Shown piece by piece: positions 36,966 through 48,959 of a DNA stretch of 64,000 nt. The stretch covers positions 63,550,001-63,614,000 of the forward strand of contig NC_135816.1 in NCBI RefSeq assembly GCF_964213995.1, written 5' to 3'. A model generated the notes under the pieces. It did no database searches. It was not told the origin of the DNA and saw only the letters and a list, made by a program, of their open reading frames with translations. The translations under genes and the position numbers were made by a program. The DNA is from Mustelus asterias (taxonomy: Eukaryota). Positions within the stretch are counted from its first letter, which is position 1. Each line of letters starts with the position of its first letter.

Positions 36966-37587
36966 TTTAAAGTTAAAGTTTATTTATTAGTGTCACAAGT
37001 AGGCTTACATTAACACAGCAATGAAGTTACTGTGAAAATCCCTCAGTCGCCATACTCCAGTGCCTGTTCGGGTACACTGAGGGAGAATTTAGCATGGCTA
37101 ATGAACCTAACCAGCACTTCTTTCAGACTGTGTGAGGAAACTGGGGCAGCCGGATGAAACCCACGCAGACACGGGGAGAACATGCAGACTCCACATAGAC
37201 AGTGACCCAAGCCAGGAGTCGAACCATGGTGGCACAGTGGTAGCATTGCTGCCTTACAGCGTCAGGGACCCGGGTTTGATTCCCGGCTTGGGTCACTGTC
37301 TGTATGGAGTTTGCACATTCTCCCTGTGTCTGCGTGGGTTTCCTCCAGGTGCTGTAGTTTCCTTCCACAGTCCAAAGACGTGCTGATTAGTTGCATTGGC
37401 CATGCTAAAATCTCCCTCAGTGTACTCGAACAGGTGCCAGAGTGTGGCGACTAGGGAATTTTTACAGTAACTTCATTACAGTGTGAATGTAAGCCTACTT
37501 GTAACTAATAAGTAAAAACTTTAAACTTTAACCAGGATCCCTGGTGCTGTGAGGCAGCAGTGCTAACCACTGTGCCACCATGCTGTC
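36966..37587 (-). mobile_element. HE1-like SINE (tail B) interrupted by an opposite-strand copy
   Basis: Tail and V-domain at 36966-37226, head at 37531-37587. Confidence 0.88.
37227..37530 (+). mobile_element. Nested HE1-like SINE (tail B)
   Basis: Near-complete copy with aacca at both junctions. Confidence 0.88.
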
Positions 37588-37759
37588 CACATTTATACAT
37601 GTTCATTCAGTGTTTGTTTACCAAATTTTAACTTTAAAATATGTTTGTAACTAATAAGTAGTGTTTTGGTGCACAGCTTGTAGTTTGACTCCTAAATGGT
37701 TATGCAGAATATAGTTCATGTGATCAACAGGTTGGATGAGTAAATTAATAGGTGATCTA

Positions 37760-37928
37760 GCTGTTATCACATTGCTATTTGGGGGAGCTTGCTGTGCACA
37801 AATTGGCTGCTGTAGTTCCTACATTACAACATTGGGTTACATTCAGTACTACTTAATTGGCTGTAAAGTGCTTTGGGAAATCCTATGATCATGAAAGGTC
37901 CTATGTGAATGCACCTTCTTTTCTTCTT
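37760..37928 (+). mobile_element. Deu-type SINE 3' part
   Basis: gggagcttgctgtgcacaaattggctgc..ggctgtaaagtgctttgggaaatcc..gaaagg. Confidence 0.65.
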
Positions 37929-39493
37929 TCCAAATTAGTTTTGATGGTACTAGCTTGTGAAAGATGGGTCAGTGAGGTGAGTCGTGCATTATTCACCAGA
38001 TCTATACTCAGGAGGTCCAATCCCAGATAGTTCTTCAGTGGGGGGGGGGGGGGGGGGGGCATTAAGGACTCATCAGGTTCCTCAGCCACAATATAATCAC
38101 TTTCAAGTAACACCCATCCTTACTTGCACCTATTTCATTGTTTCCTTTTGGCCACTGGATCAAAACCCTACCCCTACCTAACAGCACGCATGCAAAATTA
38201 TAAGTTATACATTTGGAAGTAACATTTTGCACAAATTGATGACTCAGTGATAAAAGGTTAAAAATCACTGTTTATGAGTCCTTTGCAAATGTCGATGGAT
38301 GAGGCAGATTTTTTCCATTGTTATCTCAAAATTCCAGTGGAGGTCAATGTAAACTTCAATTTCTGGAAGTAGTCCCTTTTAAACCATAATCTGTCTTTTC
38401 CAAATGTCAATGTGATTATACCTGAGATTCGTTTTGATTGAAATTTTCTATATCTGTGGTGGCTTCCAGAATGAATCAGAGATCAGATCTTGAACTTGAG
38501 AGAAAAAGGGGAGAGCGAGATTGTGTTACTGCTCCATTGGCTGGTTTCTTTTAGACTGTTATTAGCATCTTGAGTGTTGTGGTTAAAGATATTTCAAAAG
38601 AACTGTTCTGGTCACATGACCTTTTCCCCATAGTGAGTTGGATATTCCTCAGAAGGTAATTGATTAGCTCTGGACAGATCTTGGCTATTCTTTCATGGGC
38701 TAGGTGATTAGTTTCTTTAATGTCCGACAACATTTGTAAATGGACCATTTTTCTCTGTGATGAACATTGTCCCAACGGACTTTCTGCCTCTGCCTGAATG
38801 GTAGCTTTGTAGAAATGCAAATGGTGAGAGCCAGTACAATTTCAGTTCCTCTTTGAAATAACTCTTCACATCATCACGTGTGAAATTCCACAGGCGATTG
38901 CCTTGACATTTCTGAAAGCCAAGTTGTAATACCAGAGGCATCAGATAACCCATCTTAGGTCAGTGTCTTTGTTTTAAAAAATACTTTCAAGAAAGACAAA
39001 TAATAATATATATTTGACCAGCCGATGAAATTAGAGATTAATATTAGACATGAACAAATCACTTCATGATCAATATGAACAATGCCCTGACATATTCAGT
39101 TATCGATGAGATTCCTCTACGTTTTTGATCTGGTTCTCCAGGAACAAGATCACAACTGGAAATACCACAACAGCTAAAAACTGAAATTTGCCAGCATGAT
39201 AATCCTCAAGAGACCAATGTCACGATCAAGCCATAATGTAATTGGGGGAAAAAAAGGAAAATCAAAAAGCTGAGAAGGTGGAAGAGGGATGCACAGGGTG
39301 GAAAACTCAGAAGTGCAAAGAAAAAATGGACACATAGAGAAGTTTGCCAAATGATTTGATGCTAATCATGTCATTGGGGCAACAAGAGATGAAAGGTTAA
39401 GTCAAGAGCCATCACTCGCTCTCTCCCTCTTTCTCTATCTCTAGCACCAATTCTGATTGCCATTCACAAGGCAAAGGCTTAGCAATGTATCAT

Positions 39494-39701
39494 AAAAGCA
39501 AATTACTGCAGATGCTGAAATCTGAAATAAAGAGAAAACGCTGGAAAATCTCAGCAGGTCTGGCAGCATCTGTAAGGAGAGAAAAGAGTTGACGTTTCGA
39601 GTCCAGATGACCCTTTATCAAAGATTTGTCAGAGCTTTGACAAAGGGTCATTTGGACTCGAAACATCAGCTCTTTTCTCTTCTTACAAATGCTGCCAGAC
39701 T
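39494..39701. mobile_element. Penelope-like inverted pLTR pair with degenerate hammerheads
   Basis: Arms gacgtttcgagtccagatgaccctttatcaaag / ctttgacaaagggtcatttggactcgaaacatc; cores read UUGAUAA and UUGACAA. Confidence 0.8.
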
Positions 39702-39954
39702 AGCAACATATCATGTTGCCCTTCTTGCCTTCCTCCCTGTGATGACTCCTTGTTCCTGCTGCATCAAAACACTGCTTGCTTTCTCACTCTCTCCACAACT
39801 CAAACTAAACCTAAGTACAGAGAGACCTCAGTTCTGATTCACTCTCATTGGACAGCAACCCTTGATTGACAAGGCATAGCATTTCCCAATTTTGGCTGAT
39901 CTATTACCATACTTTTTGGTGGACCTGTTGAAATCTTCTTGTGAACTCCTAGTG

Positions 39955-40615
39955 AGCTGTGGATCTCCTGTCCACAAAAAGGAGGACAATTCCAACTCAC
40001 CAACTACTGCCCCCATCAATTTACTCTCAATCATCAGTAAAATGATGGCGGGGTCACCTACAGTGCTACCAAGTGGCACCTACTCTACAATAACCTGCTC
40101 ACCAATGTTCAGTTTGGGTTCTACCAGAACCAGTCACCTCCAGACTTCATTACCAGCTTGGTCCAAACATGGATAAAGGATTTGATTCCAGAGATGAGGT
40201 GAAAGCGACTGCCCTTGGTATCAAAGCAGTGTTTGACCATGTGTGATATCAAGGAGTCTAAAAAAAATTAAAGTCAATGGAAATAAGGGTGAAAACTCTC
40301 CACTAGTTGGAGTCATCGCTAGCACCAAACCAGTAACCTCTACTACCAAGAAAGACAGAGGAAAGAGGTGCATGTGAACACCACCATTGCAAATTCTGCT
40401 CCGACTCACATACGATCTTTACTTGGAAATATATCACTGTTCCTTCATCATTGCAGAGGCAAAATCCTGGAACTTCCTACCTAACTACATAGTAGCAGCA
40501 TCTTTAACACATGGGCTGCAGTGCTTCAAGAACGTGGCTCACCACCACCTTTGCATGGGCAACTGGAATGGATAATAAATGCTGGCTTTGGCAGCAACAC
40601 ATACATCCGGTGAAA
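39955..40615 (+). mobile_element. Zenon/L2-like LINE, deleted
   Basis: PINLLSIISKMM RT segment and the same 3' tail as 21240-21490. Confidence 0.75.
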
Positions 40616-42485
40616 GGAATTTAAGGAGTTACTCCTGGACTGTATAAATGGATGATGTTCATACTATTTTACAGTGGTTTCTCTCAGGTTTCCTTATGCA
40701 TGTAAAATTGAGTATTTAACTCTATTCATCTAATGCTACAGCTCAGGTGTCCTTGTCAGTATAGAACTGAGAGCCTTACATGTGTGCACTGGGTGTCATT
40801 TTTCAGATCCCCCTATTATGGGTTGTATGTTTTGTCAAATTTCTCAATTGAAAAATAAATGCCTTTTACAGAATAGCTTAAGGCAACATTTTTAGTCTCA
40901 GAGAAATATTTTGCACGGTGACTGTTCAAACCAAATCATCAACATACAGATCATTGGTGGATGGAGGCCTTAATGTCTCAACAGGCAATCCTGATGTGGC
41001 AAAGAAGCAGTTACAACATGTCAAGGAAATGGGTTCCCGCATACTAACAGAATTACTCATCTTGTCTAAACAAAACCATTCGATCCTGAAAACAGCAGGA
41101 GCCTCATTAGGTGCACGTGGGGCAGGGTTGTGTTACATAGCGTTGTGTTAACTGCTCTTCAGTGGCAGTAAAACTAGTGCTAGATTGTTATCTCCCGCCC
41201 ATCCTCCCTCCTGCAATGCACTTGGCTGTCGGCTGGGGCACAATGACAGAGGGAGTAGGAACAGAGCATCATCAACAATGTCATGCACAGAGAGAATAAA
41301 CAATTATATTTGAACAGATTTTCCCCAGTACAGCAGGCTCCAACCTACTACTGTTTAAAACTAAAATGTAACCAGTCTTTTACACGGGATTCAGGAGCCT
41401 CGGTGATCACAGGATTAGTTAGTAATATATATGCCTGTTTATGTATATTGCTATGGATTTTATCTTCCCAATTTTCTCCTGTGCTGAGACAGTACCAACT
41501 CCGATACTTTCAGGTACTCCATCCAAGTAACGATTTCCCAGAGTGCAAGCCTCCCCATACAACATTAGCAAGCTGGCAACCATGATGGGATGGGGCTTTT
41601 GGGGCATAATCTGACCATGCGTTCACCCTAACCCACAAAAACGCACTTTCCGCCAAAGGTCATTGATTAACATTTAATAGCACGATTTTCTTTCCTTCTC
41701 TGTTCCAGGAATACTGAGAACAATTATAACTGCTCCAATAGCATCCGCAAAGAACAGTGATCAGACCTGAAACTTTCCTGCTCTGTAAATTTAAATGTTA
41801 CATAAATGGTCGGTGCGTGTATCTGCATGAAGGAATGAAAATAAGATATATACATGTAATTGTTCAGCTGAACCCACAATCAGCAAGGAGATCGTAAAAT
41901 TACCCTTTCAATATTTTTTACATTTCTTATGGACTAACTTCCGTTTCAGGAATGGTGATTCAACAGCCAGCTGGAAACGCATTTAAATTAAATCATAAAT
42001 ATGAGCCTAGCTGCTTAATATGCAAACAGCCCATGAACTGCTGGTCATGTTTCTTCTAGTTTGAACATATCCTGTATATGAAGTTGTCAGATTATTGAAC
42101 ACACAGACTATTAAGAGCATAATCAGTGCATGCTTCATGTCAACATCACTTAATATGTGCATCACTTCCCAAGGCAATTAACCTGCAATTTCCAGCCCTG
42201 TTGAAGGATATTGCAGTTCTTGCAGATTGGCTTTATGGCAAACTAGAATGTATTAAACTCAAATTGTGTGTCTATTGTGGAAGGCTAATATAAAGCAGGT
42301 CAGCGTGAGGTTGCTTGAGAAGCCCCTGGAGTCAAATAGCTTATTGATATTCACAGTCAGGGCAGGATTGAGTGCTGGCATGTTTTAGAAATGATGTGGA
42401 GATGCCGGCGTTGGACTGGGGTAAACACAGTAAGAAGTCTAACAACACCAGGTTAAAGTCCAACAGGTTTATTTGGTAGCAAAAG

Positions 42486-42524
42486 CCACTAGCTTTCGGA
42501 AGAGGCTGTTCCTTTGTCAGGTGG
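42486..42524 (-). ncRNA. Minimal hammerhead motif, core-mutated (G8A)
   Basis: CCAC-CUGACAA-AGGAAcagccucUUCC-GAAA-GC-UA-GUGG. Confidence 0.6.
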
Positions 42525-42656
42525 GTGGGAGTTCTGATCACAAGCAGGGCACAAAGACACAAACTCAATTTACATGAATAATGATTCACATTCCATTCAT
42601 TATTCATCTAAATTGAGTTTGTGTCTCTGTGCCCTGTTTGTGATCAGAACTCCCAC

Positions 42657-42695
42657 CCACCTGACGAAGGAACACCCTCTTCCGAAAGCTAGAGG
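42657..42695 (+). ncRNA. Minimal hammerhead motif, intact core, one stem I mismatch
   Basis: CCAC-CUGACGA-AGGAAcacccucUUCC-GAAA-GC-UA-GAGG. Confidence 0.65.
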
Positions 42696-43059
42696 CTTTT
42701 GCTACCAAATAAACCTGTTGGACTTTAACCTGGTGTTGTTAGACTTCTTACTATGTTTTAGAAAGTCAGGCTGATCGTTCCTCTTCTGCACCAATAAAAC
42801 CAATTGTCACTTTCACGCTATCTCCCTGGGGGAAAATTGTTGATCTAGTACAGACCTGAGGTTGGATATGCTCCATGGTAGCACATGGACCATCCCCACA
42901 ACCACACCTCTTCCCCACCGAACAACTCACTGGGAGTGTTTTATAATCTTTTTTCATATCATACCATGAGCCATATTATTTACAATAATATCTCACAGTA
43001 TTTAGCCATTAAATAGTTTAAAGATCCTTTACTTAATTATTATTATAGGTTCAGTCCTC

Positions 43060-43345
43060 ACTTTAGAACTTCAGCACATAATCTAGGCAAGCACCCCTAT
43101 GTAGTACTGATGGCGGGCTGTATTATCCAAGACAGCGCACTAAACAAATGGCTTTTAAGGTTAGAAGTCCCATTGTACTGTCTGAAGAGAGAACGGAGAT
43201 TTCCTGATGCCCTGACCAACACTCATCCCTCAACCAAAACCAGATTAATTGATCATTCACATCATGTTTCTTTTGAGATCTTGGCAGAGTACATAATATG
43301 TTAATTTCAAAGCAATTCATTGTAAGTGAGGTGCTTTTGATCATA
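43060..43345 (+). mobile_element. Deu-type SINE, degraded
   Basis: agcacataatctagg..agtactga..cctgatgccctgaccaac..catccctcaacca, Deu-domain-like sequence. Confidence 0.55.
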
Positions 43346-43349
43346 ACTT

Positions 43350-43672
43350 GGGCGGCACGGTAGCACAGTGGTTAGCACTGTTGCTTCACAGCTCCAGGGT
43401 CCCGGGTTCGATTCCCAGCTCGGGTCACTGTCTGTGTGGAGTTTGCACATTCTCCTCGTGTCTGCGTGGGTTTCCTCCGGGTGCTCCGGTTTCCTCCCAC
43501 ATCCAAAGATGTGCAGGTTAGGTTGATTGGCCAGGTTAAAAATTGCCCCTTAGAATCCTAGGATGCGTAGATTAGTGGGTAAATATGTGGGGGTAGGGTC
43601 TGGGTGGGATTGTGGTCGGTGCAGACACGATGGGCCGAATGGCCTCCTTCTGCACTGTAGGGTCTCTATGAT
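43350..43672 (+). mobile_element. HE1-like V-SINE, young and CpG-intact
   Basis: gggcggcacggtagcacagtggttagc..gggttcgattccc..gatgggccgaatggcctccttctgcactgtaggg. Confidence 0.92.
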
Positions 43673-45779
43673 AACTTACGATATACATGCAAGTTCTTCT
43701 TCCTGTTATTGTTGACATAGCACATCTCAAACTCAAATTATACTTCCAAGGATCTCCCAAATGAAAATAGTTGTTTACAGTTCTCTTTTCTCTGCCTCCA
43801 AATGTAAACCTTGCCAAACTTTGATATTTTGCATGAGAAACTATCCTTCAAGAGTTTGGTTTTATGCCACCATGGGATTAGCACTGCTGCAATGTAAATT
43901 AACTATGGATTACAAAACATCTCCCTCTTGGCTTTCCAGTGTTTCCATGGCAACACATTTTGCAGTTACTACCTGATTATCGGCCACCCAAGATGTAGTG
44001 CCATCTTTTATCAACAGCACATTCTTTCAAAGGGGGAGTTGCTCTCAGGTAAGTCTGCATGTAATCAGGAAAGCATTTTCTGTGGAGTTCTTCAGCGGAA
44101 TTAATCTACCAGGTTTTCTTTTTGCATATTACATGCATCATTAAGTGTGTGCTTCTGTCAAATAATCAAATATCATTTTCTTTTTTTCACATGGTACATT
44201 TCAACCAATAGCAAAAAAAACAATCAAACGAAAACATGTTTTCAATAATTCTGTTAAGCAGCATTGTTAGCCAGAAATCTGGTCCATTGTCTCTGTATCT
44301 GTGGAAACAGCGAAGATTTACGACTATAGTTACATCTTCATCCACAAAAGCTGTATTAAAGGAAAATTCTGTGCATCAAAAAGAAAGCACACCTACATTA
44401 CACCACAAAGACACTCATTGCTTAGTCAGGTTGGCTGTGCCCTCTCCATTTGGAGAAGATAGAACATGCAACATTCTCTGCTGAGCAAATGTTCACCTAA
44501 ATCCTATGCATAACATGCTCAAGGTACAGAGTGCCACATGTCGCCGTTAATGTTCAACATCTGTCTCCCAATATATTATAATGTTGAACTTGAAGTTCAT
44601 AACCTGAAAGCGCTCAGTTTAGAAATTGAGGAAAAATCTGATTTTTCATTGCACTCAAATCTAAATCAGAGAAGCTGAAGTTATAAACTGGGAAGATTGG
44701 AAGTTAACTGATGTTCAGCATCCAGAACTATGCAGAACTAAACAGCGTTAATAACTTGCTCTGATCTAGTGTGCAGGACATTTGATCCTGATGTTGTCAA
44801 TGCTTCAAAGGCACTCCCTGGTTGGGGGTGTTGACGGATGCTTGCCCAGCAGTTGTGAGTTTCCCCTCTGGATACTACACAAGTTTTAGCTAGCAGTATG
44901 TTCTCATAACTCATTTGACATAAGATGCCAAAACGTAGCAAAGATTTGCCAATTAAAATCTCCTTCATTATCCAGTGCCTTTCTGAAGCATCTGGAGAGT
45001 TGCCAGTGTGGGGTTGTTTTGCTAATGAGCCTAACTACAGTTTTCTACTGTAGACTATGATTAAACATTTGGTATATTCGAGGGTAGAATTTTCGTGGAC
45101 CATTACTTCAGTCCTACTATATAGAAATCCAAAAGACAAAGTCATTTCACTGAAAATGCAAAAAAAGGGCTTTGCCCTTTAGATTTCCATGCAATAGGAG
45201 TGAACTAGAAGGGGGGTTTGATCGATTACAACGCTATCATCATATACGCTATACATTTTTAGTCTTTGAGAGTTAGGCATATAAATAAAACAGTCTCACA
45301 AAAGCAACCGTTCAAATGTTTCACAAAATCACTGGGCGATCAGGAATCCTTTATTGATAATGATGAAGGTTGTCCTTCGAGTTTGAAGACAAACAAGCCA
45401 ATCATTGGTTTCACGCTGATTATCAGTGTTTTGAGGATGTGTCAGTGTTTTGGATCTCTATATTTGGCTTTTCTCCCACTGCCAAGCCCCTAAACCAAAG
45501 ATATACCCGTAAACAAAACTAGAAAGGAAAAATATGCAGAACAAGCAACACAAGAGATACACGGGTGGGTTTCAAGAAGGCAGTGTAATTCTGAGAGCAT
45601 AGAATCGGTTACCCTGGATCTTCTGGAGGTACAGGGTCCATTGTCGCAAAGGGCAAAAGGAAAAAAATAGAGGGTCAACTTTGAGTTAAAATAAAAAAAG
45701 GTACAAGGCTCTCTTGGATCTTCCAGATTCCTCTCCTCAGAAGAAAAAGAAAAGGAAAAAGCTACTGGTAGAAGTGAGA

Positions 45780-47050
45780 GGCACAGTGGTACAGTGGTTA
45801 GCACTGTTGCCTCACAGCACCAGGGACCCAGTTCGATTTCCGGCCTAGGTCACTGTCTATGTGGAGTCTGCACATTCTCCCCATGTCTGCGTGGGTTTCC
45901 TCTGGGTGCTCCAATTTCCTCCCACACTCTGTTTGTGATTTATATAAACGATCTGGAAGAAGGTGTAACTGGGGTGATCAGTAAGTTTGCGGACAACACG
46001 AAAATGGCTGGACTTGCAGATAGTGAGGAACATTGTCAGAGGCTGCAGAAGGATATAGATAGGCTGGAAATTTGGGCAAAGAAATGGCAGATGGAGTTCA
46101 ATCCAGATAAATGCAAAGTAATGTATTTTGGTAGAACTAATGTAGGGGGGAGCTATATGATAAATGGCAGAACCATAAAGGGTGTAGATACGCAGAGGGA
46201 CCTGGGTGTGCAAGTCCACAGATCCTTGAAGGTGACGGCACAGGTGGAGAAGGTAGTGAATAAGGCATATGGCATGCTTGCCTTTATAGGACGGGGCATA
46301 GAGTATAAAAGTTGGGGTCTGATGTTGCAGTTGTATAGAACATTGGTTCGGCCGCATTTGGAATACTGCGCCCAGTTCTGGTCGCCACACTACCAGAAGG
46401 ACGTGGAGGCTTTAGAGGGAATGCAGAGGAGGTTTACCAGGATGTTGCCTGGTATGGAAGGGCTTAGTTATGAGGAGAGACTGGGTAAACTGGGGTTGTT
46501 CTCACTGGAAAGACGGAGGATGAGGGGTGACCTAATAGAGGTGTATAAAATTATGAAAGGCATAGATGGAGTGAACGGTGGGAAACGTTTTCCCAGGTTG
46601 GTGGTGACGTTCACGAGGGGTCATAGGTTCAAGGTGAGGAGGGGGAGGTTTAATACGGATATCAGAAGGACGTATTTTACACAGAGGGTGGTGGGTGCCT
46701 GGAATGCGCTGCCGGGCAAGGTGGTGGAGGCGGACACACTGGGAACGTTTAAGACTTATCTAGATAGCCACATGAACGGAGTGGGAATGGAGGGATACAA
46801 AAGAATGGTCTAGTTTGGACCAGGGAGCGGCGCGGGCTTGGAGGGCCAAAGGGCCTGTTCCTGTGCTGTCTTATTCTTTGTTCTTTGTTCTTTATATGCT
46901 GGTTAGGCACATTGGCCATGCTAACCTCTTCCTCAATGTACCCGAACAGGCACCCGAGTGTAGCAACAAGGGAATTTTCACAGTAACTTAATTGCAGTGT
47001 TAATGTAAGCCTACTTATGACTAATAAATAAACTTTAAAATAAACTTTAA
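45780..47050 (+). mobile_element. HE1-like SINE (tail B) split by a CR1 insertion
   Basis: Head and V-domain at 45780-45928, remainder at 46894-47050. Confidence 0.85.
45929..46893 (+). mobile_element. Young 5'-truncated CR1 LINE with uninterrupted RT C-terminal frame
   Basis: LFVIYINDL..SKFADNTK..LVRPHLEYCAQFWSPH..LFSLERRRMRGDLIEVYKIM, stop at 46813, (ttctttg)n end. Confidence 0.95.
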
Positions 47051-47089
47051 AGAAGATGCTGGATTTGCGAACTCATCAATGATGAACAC

Positions 47090-47372
47090 GATGGTGATTA
47101 TGGAATCTCAGTCTGGATGCAGAGTTGGAAATGGTTTGGACATTGCAATTGCTAGGTTGTGACATGGACAGATGCTGCTCTTTGCTGTTGTTCTTGGGGA
47201 GCAATAAGATATTGACATCTATCCTTTTCAAAAGTGACAGAAGCTCAACGGACCAGGGCTCCCCAGCGAGCTCCTTGTCGCACTGATTCATCCAACTCAT
47301 TAGGCTTGATGCCACGCCACTTCAGATTTCCCTTAAGCATGTCTTTGTAGCGATTGCGCGGCTGACCTTAAT
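47090..47372 (-). mobile_element. RTE-clade LINE 3' fragment
   Basis: Reverse translation GQPRNRYKDMLKGNLK, typical of the RTE RT C-terminus. Confidence 0.6.
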
Positions 47373-47654
47373 TGGTAAACCTTTGCCAAATTTCTGGCAC
47401 GTTTTTCTACTGAGCAAAACCCTTTCACATGCACTTCCATTAAATGGAATTTCAACAGGAAATCACTTCGCTTTCACTCCCAATGTGTCGAGTTCCACTG
47501 CAGATAACTGTTTCCTCAAGCATGCACATTCTGTCCTTTCCACAAACATACTGTTTGTAACAGTTCTAATGTTTCTGGGTGTAGCATTGAAGACTGACTG
47601 TCCCTCTTGTTTCCTTGGCCAGTAAAATAAATTCAGATATTAACTTCACTGACT

Positions 47655-48140
47655 GAGATTCTCCCAAAAAAAAGTAAGTCCCCAATTCGCATGAAAATGG
47701 GAGTAACTCCCGTTGTTTCTTTCAGTGTGATTTTCAGATTGAATCGCCAACACTCTGCAGCACAGAGTGCCCAAGCGAGATTCCCTCTGAAAATCTGGGC
47801 GCAGGGCCTATTCCCGCTGGAAAGGCCGGCAGCATAGCACTGAGTGGGCCTCTGCACATGCGCTAATCCATCAGCACAGAGATCGGTGCATGCGCAGTGG
47901 CCCCGCATTGCTGGCCAGCCCAATCACTGGCCAGCCCGATCACTGGCCATCCCCACCTCTCCGACCTCCCCATCCCTTGATCGCTGGCCTCCCGGACCTC
48001 TCCAGGCCAATCCCGATGTCCTCCCCCCTCCCCACCTCCCACCAGCCAGCCCTGATCTTCCCGAACACCCCAGCAGTCCTGATTCCTCCCCCAGCAGCCC
48101 TGACCAGTTTGCCCCCAGGGTAGTGCCAGTAGCGTTGCCC
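47655..48140. mobile_element. Truncated copy of the 5460-6619 DNA element
   Basis: Shared ctgcacatgcgc..gatc.g..catg.gca.tggccccgca..ggccag..caatcactggccagccc. Confidence 0.75.
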
Positions 48141-48292
48141 TTCCGATATGGCAACAGGACTAACATTAATAAGGGAATTAGAGATATATCTTCCAAGCCT
48201 TTGAAAGTGATTTATCTTCCTTTCCTATTCTGTGTTCACACAGCTACAAACTCTACCACAGAGAATCTGCTGCTGCTCCAGGAGCCTTTTAA

Positions 48293-48495
48293 GTTTAAAT
48301 TTTAAGTTTATTTATTAATGTCACAAGTAGGCTTACATCAACACTGCAATGAAGTTACTATGAAAATCCCCTAGTCACCACACTCCGGTGCCTGTTTGGG
48401 TATATTGAGGGAGAATTTAGCATGGCCAATGCACCTAACCAGCACGTCTTTCGGACTGTGGGAGGAAACCAGAGTTCTTGGAGGAAACCCACGCC
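48293..48495 (-). mobile_element. HE1-like SINE (tail B), partial
   Basis: Reverse complement of tail B and part of the V-domain. Confidence 0.85.
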
Positions 48496-48770
48496 CTTGG
48501 ATGAGGAAATGGGTGCCCACCCGTTTTGCCTGTATGACGAGCTAAAATTAGCATGGGCCAAACTAAAATCGCTGTCAACTGGACTTTTAATGGCCTTAAT
48601 TGACCCTTTAATTGTCGGCAGGCAAGCATCTGATTCGCACATGTGTCCTCCAACCTTGAAATCGCGCATGGGCATAATGATGTCGCGAAATACTCCTGGC
48701 GTATTCACGCAAAATTTTACTCATTTCCCAGTTGGGCCTGTGCCTGGCCCAGACATGAAAAATTCTGGCC
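48496..48770. mobile_element. Harbinger-type element end
   Basis: Ends aaaattctggccc, the TIR motif of the MITE family. Confidence 0.5.
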
Positions 48771-48959
48771 CACCAGCTCCTTGCATCTATTGTTGGAGAT
48801 GAAGGCGGGGGTGATAATGGAGCAGAGGAAATAAGGGAGCAGCATTTAAGGCAATGGTTTTAAGAAGTCAGGGTTTATTTTTGCTCTCAAATTTGATCCT
48901 TAAATAGAGGAGAAGCGAGCTACCATTATGATGGACCTTGGGATGGATGGTTAAGCCAG

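Larger units (their letters stand above)
42391..42752. mobile_element. Penelope-like palindromic insertion (inverted pLTRs) with 12-bp TSD
   Basis: Near-perfect inverted arms of about 160 bp, a one-sided extension atgatgtggagatgccggcgttggactggggtaaacac, and TSD atgttttagaaa at 42380 and 42753. Confidence 0.9.

Noticed and set aside
43350-43425. tRNA gene
   Set aside because: A/B boxes continue into the SINE body; it is a SINE head.
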